Shown here piece after piece: positions 46,410 through 58,197 of a DNA stretch of 64,000 nt. The stretch lies in the NCBI RefSeq assembly GCF_902459465.1, contig NC_047082.1, positions 7,378,001 through 7,442,000 on the forward strand, read 5' to 3'. A program made the position numbers and the translations under genes. Positions within the stretch are counted from its first letter, which is position 1. Each line of letters starts with the position of its first letter. This stretch comes from Asterias rubens. Its lineage: Eukaryota. A model generated the notes under the pieces. That model had not been told where the DNA came from, made no database searches, and saw nothing but the letters and a program-made list of their open reading frames with translations.

Positions 46410-47255
46410 TTATCTTTGTAATCGAGAAGCCAAATGCCAACTGAACGTCTCCTGGTCTGGGGCTCTTCTTGAAAACTGTGACCATACAGTGTATCTAGGT
46501 GTCACCCTAGACCGCTGCCTCTCCTTTAAGACCCATGTTGCGAAGACCAAAGCCAAAGTCTGTGCAAGAAACAACATTGTCAGCAAACTTACTGGAACAA
46601 GATGGAGTGCCAGCCCAGACACTCTTCGATCAACAGCCTTAGCCCTTTGTTTTTCATCTGCAGAGTATGTGTGCCCAGTCTGGGAAAGATCTACCCACGC
46701 TAAGAAGATTGATCCAGCCATCAATGCTACATGCCGACTCATCACTGGATGCCGCAGACCAACACCAACTGATAGCCTGTACAAACTTTCTGGTATAGCC
46801 AGACGACGAGCGAATCCCTCCATTCAGCCACACACCTGCTAAGAATAGACTCGGTCCAGGAAAAGCTTCCTCAACAAAGTCAAACCAAGTGCAGAAGCCG
46901 GGGCTCTTCGAACTGCCATGTGACATGAGAGACTTGGTAAACTTCCACCTAGAACATCCATGGACATACGTGCTTCGGAAGAACTCCCCCCTGATGCTGA
47001 CTCAGGTTGGGCTGAATAGAAGTCCCTCAACAGACTTGGAACATCAACTGGCCGGTGCAACGTGTCTCTCAAGAAGTGGGGATATCTAGACTCTGAAGAC
47101 GTTACCTGCATATGTAAGACAGAGCCACAAACTATGGAGCAGGAATACAGAACAGAGGACCTTGCAGAGTACAACGATCTTGCTAGGAACTGTGTCCAGT
47201 TCTGGCTGAAACACAATATATAGTGTGTGTGGACACGATAAGAAGAACAAGAAGC
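46410..47255 (+). mobile_element. 5'-truncated Ingi/Vingi-like LINE (post-RT C-terminus, CxC knuckle, AAG tail)
   Basis: YLGVTLDRCLSFKTHVAKTKAKVCARNNIVSKLTGTRW...AEYVCPVWERSTHAKKIDPAIN; TGRCNVSLKKWGY...TCICKTEPQTME; ends ggacacgataagaagaacaagaag. Confidence 0.85.
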
Positions 47256-48941
47256 CTTGGCACCGCGAATGCATTAGAGGACATTGCAGTTACCAGTAGG
47301 ACACCCTTCTTCAAAACATTAGCCTCCAGCTAAGTGACATTTGGCTCCTACTCTTCCTGACCAATGGATATCGACCCTCTATCCACAGCACGTTTCCTAA
47401 ACCCCCATTAACTTGGGTCGTACTGGTAGATTTCATTGGCCTCTTAAATGGCCTCATCAAATACCAACTCACCACTTTTCCTTTTCCCCGTACATGTTAC
47501 CTATTTCAGTATTCCGACATGTATGCTACAGCTCAGTGATCATTCCAACACATCCCAACCGAATAACTACACTGTATGAGTGGATTCTTCGCCATATGTT
47601 TAACTGCAAACCTGTCTCAAAATTGCAAAAAAAAAACTGCTAATATAAATGTTACTTATTGTTCTGGCCTGCATGGCATGGTGCCAGATCACACTGTGCG
47701 GGTATAATGGCGTGATTTGAGAGCTTGAGTTTGCCATAGCCATAGTATACATAACCGACGATTTTACAGTACATGTATGTCTGATGTCATTTCTATGACA
47801 GAGTATCAGATTTTGCCGGCCCAGGACATACTTTTATTCCTGTATTGTTGATGAGATTGTTGGCTGCTTGTGCATTCTTGGCTGTATTACACATGTGTAA
47901 TTTAGCGAACCCTCGTTTACTACTCTGGCCCCGCCCACAAAAGAGGGGATAAATAAAGAAACTATTTAAACTCATGGAAGAAATGTATTCTTTTATAGTA
48001 TTTCTATTCGAATAACATAAATCAGCTTAAAAAAACAATTAAAAAAACAGTAATAGTTCACTAAAGATAACACTTTGTTTTAAAAACGCCCACTTTTAGA
48101 AATATTGAAACTCCGCCCACAAAAGGGCATTTTTTTTTACTAATTTATGTTTTAACTTATAATTATGATTTTCAAGTTTATATTTCTGGTCAAAAGAACA
48201 AAAAAAAATTTATTCTAAGTATGATTTTGCCCAATATTAATATCAAAGACCCCCCTTTTTATGCAAATGAGGCTCCGCCCCCAAATAGGAGAGACCCAAG
48301 ATGGGTCCAAGTCTAAAATTGATTATTAGCCCAATACCAACCATCATAGCAAATTTCATGCTTTTACCACAAAGTGCACAATTGTTCACCTTAGCAGCTG
48401 CACTACAAGACTAAGAAAGCACAAAAGTAGTTTCACAGGGCCTAGTGTTGATATAACCCCCCCCCCCCCCCCCAAGGAAAAACTACCTTGCTCTCTAGTG
48501 ACGGCTCGCTCAAGAATGAATCTGGCCTGTTGATTGGCAACAAGAGATGGACCCAATTTCAAGGTTCTGCAGAATTCTGTGCTACAGCCAATAGAATCGT
48601 GCGCCTTTAGTTACAAGGCGCCATAGCAGGGTTTGCTCCTAATTGTCTTCAGTGACATGGTTGGAGGGTGACAAAGTGGCTCAAGACAGGACAAAAGAAG
48701 ACGCAATAAAAGAGACGTCATCACACAAATATTACTGTGTTTGGAGACACTTGTTAAACAATTTTTTAATAAGATCTTTCAATTTTAGCATTAGACCAAC
48801 GCCAGGTAGTTCAGACCATTTCTTAACTTGTACTTGGGTCCTCTTTCAGGATGATAAATGGTGTGCTATTGTAGAATGCTCCCCCTCCCAATTACTCTGA
48901 CGGTGCTGCAGTGCACATTGCACCCTATATGTAGGTCTTGT

Positions 48942-51900
48942 TTAAAGAGTCCAGTCGGGGAACTCAAAGAGAACATCTTTGCCGGTCAACTTCTTGTAGA
49001 CGGCACTGAAGGTGTCGGTCTGTGGGGAAAAAATGAACCGATACAACAAAACGTTCTTTCACTGTTCCAATAATTAAAAACAAAAGTTGATCGGTGTATG
49101 GGGAAAAAAATAAACCGATACAGTAAAACGTTCTTTAACTATTCCAATATTTGAAAACAAAAAGGCGAGATAGCCCCTTCATGGCAAGGACTACACATAA
49201 CTGATTTGAATTATCGACAAAGGGGATCCATAAATAATGTGTAAAAGGTATAATAACTGGTTTTGATATCTGATGAACAGATCCAAAGCATTGTTTAACT
49301 GATGCAATATTTAAATAACCATTTTTTGGGGGGCATTACTCCAACTAACGAGGCCAGACTGCAACTACAAGGTGAGGGCTACACTAATACATGGCTTGGT
49401 GGGTGCAAAAACAATGATAGCACAAACAACCATAAATAGTGTGTAAAAGATAAACCATTGCTTTTCCCACAGAAAATTATGTTAAAAAGTAAATTCCTGT
49501 GAAATTTCCTGAAAAGGTCCAATAAACTTTCCAGGGAATTTCAACCAGAATAAAAAGGTCAAATAAATGTTCCTGGAAGTTTCAACCAGTGTGAAAGGGT
49601 CAAACAAACTTTCCTGGGGATTTCCAGGGTTAAATGTGAATGGGGTTTTATAAAGCCAACATACCTTGTAGTCCACCTGAATCTGTTGGCTCTTGTCTAG
49701 ATGCACCTTGATGATTTTGGTTCCATCTAGTCTAACCCGGGTCCTCTTGCCGACAATCTCCGATGGGTAGACGAGGTCCTCCAGGATAGAGTCATGCACT
49801 GCAGTCAAAGTCCTGCTACGGGGGCGCTTCTGCTTGTTCTTCGTTCTTGATTTGCGCGTTGGCTTGGGGAGGATACGTCTCTGCAAGGTTAAGTTAATAA
49901 TAGTAATAATAGTGGCTTCTCATATACCGCTCATATCCGTCACTCAGTGACATTCAGGGCGCTTCAACATTCAGTATTTTCCTGAAAGGTATGAGATTTT
50001 CACATGGTGTGACCGCAAACCTCACCCAAATAAACTTCTACGATGCAAAGTTTCAAAACCTACTGATTAATTGATATGTTTAAATTTGTTTATACCTGTG
50101 CTACAAACACAACATGCTTGCCGCTGAACTTCTTCTCAAGTTCTCGCACCAATCTGTTCTGGACTTTCTGGAAACCCCTAAGCTGTGGCACTGGAACGAA
50201 GATGACAATCGCCTTCTTGTTGGCTCCAAAATCAATTTCCTGAAATATCAAACATGGACACACAAAAATATCAAAAGTTGAACCCTTTTCGGTGTAAAAA
50301 GAGGGTGGGGGAAGCACCTGGACAACGATAACATAACAATCACACTATATATGTCAGCGATCTTCTGCATTTCTCAAGTTAACACAAATATCTTAAGGTA
50401 CTGCAGAGGAAAGCTTTTTATGTAGTCCATCAGCGAATCCCAAGAGCTTTGGATAAAACAGCTTTCGGGAATTAGAAAAAATGGACCATTGTCGGCAACT
50501 CGGCATCGCACAACCTTGTCACTATTGACCCAGTTCACCTGTCTTTAACATAACAATAATCTTTCTCCTAAATCTTTTTAAGGGCCTTGTCACACAAGGC
50601 AACTTATGTGGGCAACATGAGTAATTTTTCAAACAATGTTTTACTATCCGTAAGAATATAAGAACATTTAAATGTGAATGGATTCTCTTTGTGGGGATTG
50701 CTTGAAACTGGTTGCCTCGTGTGTCATGACTTTAAGCGCCAACAAATTATCTAACAGACTTTTAAGTCTGAAGAATATTATGCCTGAATAATACAAAACA
50801 ACAACATACCTTGGCTCCGGTGATGAAGAGCTCACGAAGTTGACTCTTCAACTCAGAGTTGATCTCAAGTTCAAGGAGGGCCTGTCAGAAAAGACAAAAT
50901 AAATTAATAACATATTTTTGTTTTATTATACATAAATACTGAACTTTGTTCATGACCACTGTGTGAAAGTTTTTACATAATGATCCCCAATTGAAACCAG
51001 TTTACTAACATTATAGAGAATTAGCCAAAGGTTCTAGACCTTTATACATTTTTTAGAGGTAGGCCTATATGGATTATTTGAATAATAATAATAACAACCA
51101 GTTTTTATATAGCGCTTCAAAGCGTCTCAAAGCACTTCCGATATTATTACCCCTGGTCACTGGGCCTTAATTCATTCCTCAAACCATCTCAGCAACCTGG
51201 GGAGTAAACAGCCTGTGCAACTTTAAAATGCGATACTTGGCTAAACCAATCACAAGAACCATCTCTGCCCTCACAGGTACCCATTTACCCCTGGGTGGAG
51301 AGAAGCAATTACAGTTAAGTGTCTCGCTCAGGGACACAAGTGTCATGGCCGGGATTCGAACCCACACTCTGTTGAACAGAAGCACCAGAGCTTGAGTTCG
51401 GTGGTCTTTTCCGCTCGGCCACGACATAAATTTGAGTAAACCCAGCTTCACTCTTGAACCATTTTCAGCGCAAAAAGGGAGAGGGAGAAAACAACGATAA
51501 CACAATATTAATAATCACAATATAAATGTCAGCCATCTTCTGCATTTCTCAAGTTAACACAAATACATTGAGATACTGCAGAAGAAAGCTTTTAATGTAG
51601 TCCATCAGCGAATCCCAAGAGCTTTAGATGAAACAGCTTTCGGGAATTAGAAATAATGGACCATTATCGGCAACTCAGCAATCAACAAACTCATCATTAG
51701 TGACTCAAATTCACCTGTCGTTACTTTGTTCAGTGATTATCCAGCGGGACCAGTTGACGATTTTACCAAACTCTTCCTAACTTAGGGTTAATCTTAGGAC
51801 AAAGAACGAGTTAAGTTCCATAAATATATTCTTAGGACGCATTGAACCCATACTAAGTTTACTCGTCCTAACTCGTTTTGTGAAATCGGCTGCAGTTAGC

Positions 51901-52386
51901 TTTTCATTTCACCAGTCTGTCAGCTTTTGCCCCTGTCCATAATTCATATTAAAGAGGGATGATTTTCACAACTTAACCAGCCAGTCGGACCGCTTGGCAT
52001 GAAATCTGATTGGTCCACAAGCCGTTTTAACTGGCAATGGAGCCAGCAGACCACTCTTCGAGGAGAACGCTCCTAATCTAATGGACAAAAACAAATCATG
52101 CACGGCTGAACTTTAAAAAAAGTACTGAGGAACTAGAAGTCATTTGTCACTTTAAATTTCAGATATAAGAGACATATAAGAAACCTTATTAATTTCAGAA
52201 AAGAAGAAATTACATTACTCACACAAAATTAAACATGTTAAACAGCACTACAAATATCAAAAATTAGAAAAGGCAGAACAAAATCTTGCAAACAAAACAA
52301 CTCACCTGTGAGATGGACAGTTCAAATTCATCTGCCTTTTCGCCTTGTGGCTTAATGATCTTGGCTCCTGCATTGAACACGGCCAT
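48942..52386 (-). CDS. RPS7: 40S ribosomal protein S7 (eS7), 5 coding exons, 196 aa
   Basis: Exons 52306-52386, 50810-50881, 50096-50239, 49665-49880, 48942-49019, all phase 0, total 591 nt. Motifs [75 protein letters not shown]. Confidence 0.98.
49015..49164 (-). repeat. 76-bp duplication (x2) of the RPS7 last-exon acceptor region
   Basis: Copies start at 49015 and 49091; on the minus strand the functional copy reads ccccacag|ACCGA and the upstream copy reads ccccatacACCGA. Confidence 0.88.
50349..50487 (-). ncRNA. Box H/ACA snoRNA, SNORA52-like (copy 2), intronic in RPS7
   Basis: Hairpin GGUCCAU...AUGGACU, H box ACAUAA, second hairpin CUCUGCA/UGCAGAAG, ACA 3 nt from the inferred end; 139 nt; near-identical to copy 1. 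Confidence 0.82.
51524..51663 (-). ncRNA. Box H/ACA snoRNA, SNORA52-like (copy 1), intronic in RPS7
   Basis: Hairpin GGUCCAUUAUUUCUAAUUCCC...GGGAUUCGCUGAUGGACU, H box ACAUUA, hairpin UCUUCUGCA-UCUCAA/UUGAGA-UGCAGAAGA, terminal ACAuuu; 140 nt. Confidence 0.82.
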
Positions 52387-53360
52387 CTTGGACCACGGCT
52401 GCAACCAAAAAACCAACACATATAAGACTCTATGTAAAGAATATCTGCAAAATTATTGCTTTCATTCAATTAACCAAACTACTTTTACCGTTAATATTAA
52501 TATAAATTATTAATAGTTACAGGCTCTAAGCTCATGATGAATGCTGTCTATATATTTGTGCACCTTCTCGGAAAAGTTTCCGTATGGCTATACTACTATT
52601 GATGGGGGGCATGGCGCCACCCTTTTTTCATTCGATATGATTGATAGTATCTAATTTACCTCAATGAGATATCTCTTTTGGAAAAGTTTCCGCATGGCGC
52701 CACCACTTTTTCATTCGATATGAAATAATATAGATAGTATCTAATTTACCTCAATGAGATATCCTTTTTTGTAAAAATGAGTGAAAAGGTGGTGGCGCAA
52801 TACGGAAAGTTATCCTCCCTTTTTGTAAATTAATTAGTGAAACGGAAAGTAGAGATTAACTTGAACATTTTATAAATATTATTTTTTTCTTTACTTCACT
52901 TGAACTTGTTGTCGGTCAGTGTCAAAAAAAAAAAAATGAAAAATAATAAAAAGGCGAGTCAGATTCGGCTTCTATTCTACTGCCAGATTGGCAATCTTTC
53001 ATTAATTAATTAATCAAAGTTCTACTTTAAATTCTAATTAATAATAGATAATAGCTAGTCTACACGAGAAAGAGCCAATATTGCACGGAATCAGATGTTA
53101 CGTTGTCGTGTGTGTACAGTTGGGTGGGCATGGGATGGGTAGCGTTGGAATACGTTTGCGGCACACATGAATTGTATTATGGTGTTCATTTTCATCCAAG
53201 AAAATCACAAACATCACCAATCATTACGACACGAAATTTCACACAGTAATTACGTGATTATTTAAATATAATACTACCAACTAATCTGAAAATATTATAA
53301 ATCAGTTTACATGATATCGAACTTTTAAAATTTATGCTTCAATCGCCATTCTGAACTTAC

Positions 53361-53380
53361 TCTATTTACGGCCGAAAAGG
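53361..53380 (-). promoter_or_regulatory. Putative RPS7 non-coding first exon with TCT/5'TOP start
   Basis: Minus strand gCCTTTTCggccgtaaataga|gtaagt: pyrimidine start followed by a consensus donor; the acceptor ttgcag lies 12 nt before the ATG. Confidence 0.7.
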
Positions 53381-53737
53381 CTGATATATCGCTGAAGTCT
53401 CATTGGCACGAGAATTTACGAGAAGTTGGATCTGCTGCATGGAGGCTAAAATGTGATCCCTAAAATCTGTTAAAAATATCTCATATATATTGGTAAATAA
53501 CATATCTAAAAAAAAAAAACTCAATCAAAATAATTATATTGAATGCTTTAACGTTTTTGACAAAATCTTATATATATTTAAAGAAATATATAAATTAATA
53601 AGTAAAAACGAGACCCCATTATCAACTTTGAACTTTGACCATATTTTCCACTGGTTCCAGATGTGCCGTTTCAGTACGTTTAGATTACAGTGAACCAGTG
53701 AGACATGTGAACACCCACAGAGGGGAAACAAATCAAC

Positions 53738-53746
53738 ATGGCGTAA
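53738..53746 (+). promoter_or_regulatory. Minimal uORF (ATG GCG TAA) upstream of RNASEH1; overlaps a YY1-like AACATGGCG
   Basis: caacATGGcgtaa in strong Kozak context, 45 nt before the first in-frame ATG. Confidence 0.45.
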
Positions 53747-53782
53747 GCTCTACACGACAACAAGCGACTCGAGGATCAGTGA

Positions 53783-56700
53783 ATGAGTACTTCCCGTTTT
53801 TGTCGGGCCCTTGGAATTTATTCACATAACATGCCAAAATTTGGCCACTATGCTGTCAGGAGTGGACGGAATGTGGGAGTTTTTGAGTCCTGGTAAACAA
53901 CGATTTTGCTTTTAATTTCGACGTGATTTGACTAAATTAAATTATTAATTATATAGTAAGTAGGTGTGTGTTGTGTTGTGTTGGCCACAAACTCACTGTC
54001 ACAGACATACCGTAGATGGCGCTATACAGTGTCAAAGTTAAATTTTGCAGACGACATGGACTAGGAATATGAGACCCGGATCTCCTACCTCAATCTGTAT
54101 TTCTTATAAATAGTCTTATATAAATGTTTTATTTGAGCAAAAAGTGTACTAAAAAAAAGTAACAAAATTAAATAAATAAATAAATAATGCAAAAAATAAT
54201 TAACTTCAATCATTATTTTTTTGTTCATTCAGTAATCAGTTCAGTTACTTATTTTACATTTTTAACACTTCTTACTAAATCATAGGTTTATCCCGGATTC
54301 AGAACCGCAATGTGTTATTGGTAGGCAGACGGGGCAGATTTGCTACCGCGGTATGTTGTCGTCATGCATGACTCGCACATGCATCGCCTATATCTTAGTG
54401 TGTGTTCAACATCAACAGCGCCCTCTCTTGATATTTTGCTATTTGCGATAAACCTTATTGACTAGGTTACAGCATGTACCTCCATAGTGAAATCATATAC
54501 TTACCCGTTTCCTTGTATTTTGTCGGTCTGTCCCCATGTCCAGTTTTGCGAATTTTCCTCTCCTGTATCAGTTGTAAAGTCCCTTTTCTTGAATATCCTT
54601 TTTCTTAGTAGATCCCTAGCTCTGTTCAATTTTCCCGTCCTTTTTTTGCCCTTTATTTTCTCTTTTCCTCTTCTTTCATCATGGATAGTTACTCGCATGC
54701 CTGCACATATCCCATCCATCCATCATGTGTCCATGTTTTCAAGGGACACTCTCTGAGTCTGGGATTAACCCCCAGGCTTCCTCGAGCTTAACATGCCAGC
54801 TTAGCATAGAGCACGCTTAATATTTGTTTAGGGTTTATTGACAACAGAGGGCACCTGATTAATACTTCTCATTATTTTCATATTTTATTGTACCTTTGTT
54901 TCAGGGATGAATGTAAATCCAATGTGGATGGCTTCCAAGGTGCCCGGTACAAGAAGTTTGGAACAGCTCAGGAGGCTTGGGACTTTGTGAATGCCAGTGA
55001 CGATCCAAATCCTTATTTCCAAAAAGGACATCAATCTCAGGGAGGAAAATATCACAAGAATTATTCTGCGCCATCGTCGTCTAACTACAGCAAGAAATCC
55101 GTAGCTGCAAGTTATGCACCTGCTTCAATAGGCTATGGTAAGGTTGCATGAAGCTAGTGTAAGGTCCCTGATTTAAAAACTCTAACAAAGAAACCTAAGT
55201 TGCAGGCCAAATACTTCACTAAGGCAACAAAGGCGATTGCCTCAATGCCTCCATGCCCCCTGGTCATTGCCTTGGTGCCCTTGCAATGCTCAAGTTAGAA
55301 ATTTACAATTTCCTAACAGGGTGCCCCTTACCAAGGAGGAAATGCCTTGGTGCTCTTGTCCTTTCAAAAATGAAGCATACAGGACTGTAGTTGGTTTTAT
55401 TAAATGCAACCAAGGAATGGTGTTAATTTTTGTTTTAGAGTTTTTTATGTTCAATAGACGTTGTACCTCAATGTGACATCATTGAGTAGGACGCCCTCCA
55501 GTAGAGGGCCCAGAAGGTTGCTCATTGGCCAATTCTGTGACCCGGTCGTAGGTACTTGCATTTTCCATTGTTTCATTAGGCCCTATAGTTTTACCTCTAA
55601 GATGGCGGCATGATGCCACGATACCCATGGTTCATATACCCACTAAGCTCTTACAAAATCTTGTGTTTTGTCTCCTACTGTGTAGAACCGCAACAGATAA
55701 AATACATTCCTCAGAGCTCGTACAGCACCAAGAGAAAACACGACCTGGAACCTGAGTACGCAAGCAGCTCATTTACATATCAATCCAAGAAGATAAGAAG
55801 TTCCAGCACTTGTTCATCATCATCATCATCTCGTAGCTCATCTTCTTCATCTCCGCCATTAGGAATCGGTAAGGCATCTAGTTACTCAATCACTATGCTC
55901 TGGTGTATCTTCTTCTCTCCTTTCACTCCAGACTTGTTTTATTCCCTTCGCTCATCATCAGACGGTAAATCCCTTGAAGTCCATAAAACACATAAACCTG
56001 TCAGCAGGTGACAGTGCCTTTTCCATTGCCGCTTCCTGATTATGGAATAGTCTACCTATCCAAACCAGGAACAGTGTCCCAGCCTTCAAATGAGCTCTCA
56101 AGACCAATCTTTTCCCCTAGTCTGTACTGTAGCTGGCCAACAGCGTCCTTCATCATCAAGTCGAGCGCCATCTAGAAGCTCGAGCCTGCTCAGTGATTCT
56201 TCCCCAGATGTTCCAGTCCAGCAACCTTGTACTGTCTTATTTTCCCTTGTTTCTTCAGCGCCTTGTATACTTTTTTAATTTGGCACATTGGCGCTTAATA
56301 AATTCAATTATTATTATTTATATTTCAAAATTTTAGAAACAATCCTGTGTCACAACAGATTTGGGTCCTTGAGATTTGTTGCCTGTTTTGGGAAACCAAA
56401 GCCTTGACGATTGAATGATATTTTCAGCATTACATTCACAGGACGGGCTGTTGTATACACTGATGGCTCATGTGAGAGTAACGGACGTAGGGGCGCCAGG
56501 GCTGGAGTCGGTGTGTATTGGGGAGACAACCACCACTATAACACCAGTGAGAGACTAGAGGGAAGACAGACCAATCAGAGAGCTGAGATTACGGTAAACA
56601 ATGGGCGGGTTTAAACTTGGATGAATACCCTCAGCGACCTTTTGTAGTATTTTTTGTCTTCAACGCTGAGGGGTTTAGTGCATTGGACTCAAAAGGTGGT

Positions 56701-58197
56701 CCAAAGGAAGTCATCAGGGTGTGGGTTCAAATCGCGGTCATGACATTACCGCCCATGTGTGCTTAGCAATCGCCATCTCAGGGTACGCACAGAATCTCTG
56801 TGCTAGCTGTGCTAGCGTAGACTGCCTAGTTATGTGGAGTACACACTCGCACAAGAAACAGTTCCCTGCAAACCTGTGAAATAAGCACTAAGTCCTTGCT
56901 CGCTGTAGCAAAGCCATGACATTGGGCCCTGTTTTCTTACCACTAGGCCATTAAGCTTGGCGGGTAGAGAGGCAGTTCTTTATATTTCCATGTATTTGTT
57001 CATATTGTGAGATTCACTTTTGTTTGTCCACAGGCTGCCATAAGAGCTCTAGAAACGGCCAAGGCTAGGGATATCAAAGAGCTTACATTGTACACAGATA
57101 GCAAGTACACAATGAAATGTAAGTATGGACTACAATGAATGACTTACCATGACACAAACATTTATTACTAGGATTTAACACTTTAACTTACTTAATAAGG
57201 TTGATAACTCAGAAAAGCAGTTGAAATGCAATATGGCACTCTATGCCTTAAATTAACCCACAGCACCCACAGTAATTGCCATAGTGCCCTGTGCTTCCAA
57301 TTCAAATTTAAATGTTCTTCCTAGATGTGCCACTTACTTATACCTATGTAGAAATTGCTGTGCCCTCTTCATAGTTTATCTATGGGTGCGTTCGTTTAGC
57401 TTCCCTGGGTCGACCCCGATGTTGTGTATTTTATTTTTATCCAGGACGCATGTGGGCACACAATTACCCCACGTTCGTCCTCGAACCAGAAAAAAAAACC
57501 AGACACGTCACCACGTGAGCCTTCCCGTGGTGACGTCAGTGCACCTCGGGACAGCCCCAAGAGCCCCACTTGTGGATAGGGGTCACTTGGGGCTGACCCG
57601 AGGTGCACTGACCTCACCACGGGAAGGCTCACTAGGTGACGTGTCTGGGTTTTTTTTCCTGGTTCGAGGACGAACGTGGGGTAATTGTGTGCCCACGTTC
57701 GTCCTGGAAAAAAATAAAATACGCCACATCGGGGTCGACCCAGGGAAGCTAAACGAATGCACCCTATGATTCACAACCACAGTGGTATGATATTGGATGG
57801 TCAGACAGTCTGATGATTATTGAAAACACTCCTGTTAGTTTGATTGTTTCTTTCTTCGGCAGCCATAACAGAATGGATGCATCGCTGGAAACACAATGGC
57901 TGGAAGACAGCGGGAAACAAAGACGTTCAGAACAAGGAAGATTTAAAGACGCTTGATGGTCTCTGTCAACAAGTCAACGTAGACTGGGTAAGAGAGTATG
58001 ACGTTTCTAGTCCGGTACTACAAGCCCAGTGGTCTTGTGGATTCCCCCTTTCCCTAAAAAGTTTGCCGTTTACAATGTTAACGCTGCCCTCTTATTTTCG
58101 TTTTCAGAAATACGTGCCAGGCCATGCCAATATCAAAGGCAACGAAGCAGCGGATTCCCTAGCAAGGGCCGGAGCAAGAATGGAATCTACTAGATGA
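53783..58197 (+). CDS. RNASEH1: Ribonuclease H1, 7 exons, 325 aa (from the first ATG)
   Basis: Exons 53783-53892, 54905-55137, 55686-55868, 56442-56593, 57034-57118, 57863-57987, 58108-58197; total 978 nt. Hybrid-binding domain [19 protein letters not shown]...GARYKKF; catalytic [25 protein letters not shown]. Confidence 0.96.
54283..54457. mobile_element. TAAGGTTTATCG-family MITE in RNASEH1 intron 1
   Basis: taggtttatc ... caacagcgccctctcttgatattttgctatttgcgataaacctta. Confidence 0.75.
57384..57764. mobile_element. 381-bp near-perfect foldback MITE, PIF/Harbinger (Tourist)-like
   Basis: TAT|GGGTGCGTTCGTTTAGCTTCCCTGGGTCGACCCCGATG ... CATCGGGGTCGACCCAGGGAAGCTAAACGAATGCACCC|TAT; arms ~185 bp; 3-bp TSD. 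Confidence 0.88.

Larger units (their letters stand above)
44087..48405. mobile_element. 4.3-kb non-autonomous TIR DNA transposon (TAG termini, 3-bp TSD; Academ-like)
   Basis: CAA|TAGTCCAGCTGCTAAGG ... CCTTAGCAGCTGCACTA|CAA. Imperfect inverted similarity extends over ~200 bp (aattgtgcactttgtggtaaaagcatgaaa, ttagacttggacccatcttgg). Subterminal ~150-170-bp tandem units at ~44200-44750. Superfamily assignment is from recalled termini and TSD rules. Confidence 0.75.

Noticed and set aside
46410-46926. Minus-strand 137-aa and 90-aa ORFs
   Set aside because: Antisense to the LINE coding frame.
49170-49320. Possible box C/D snoRNA in RPS7 intron 4
   Set aside because: The tgatga lies on the wrong strand for the host transcript and no terminal stem was found.
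49485-49630. Degenerate ~41-bp minisatellite near the RPS7 exon 4 donor as a fifth junction duplication
   Set aside because: Starts about 30 nt inside the intron and contains no exon or splice-site sequence.
57284-57780. 161-, 78- and 65-aa ORFs
   Set aside because: Arise from the palindromic Harbinger-like MITE; mirror-image translations on both strands.
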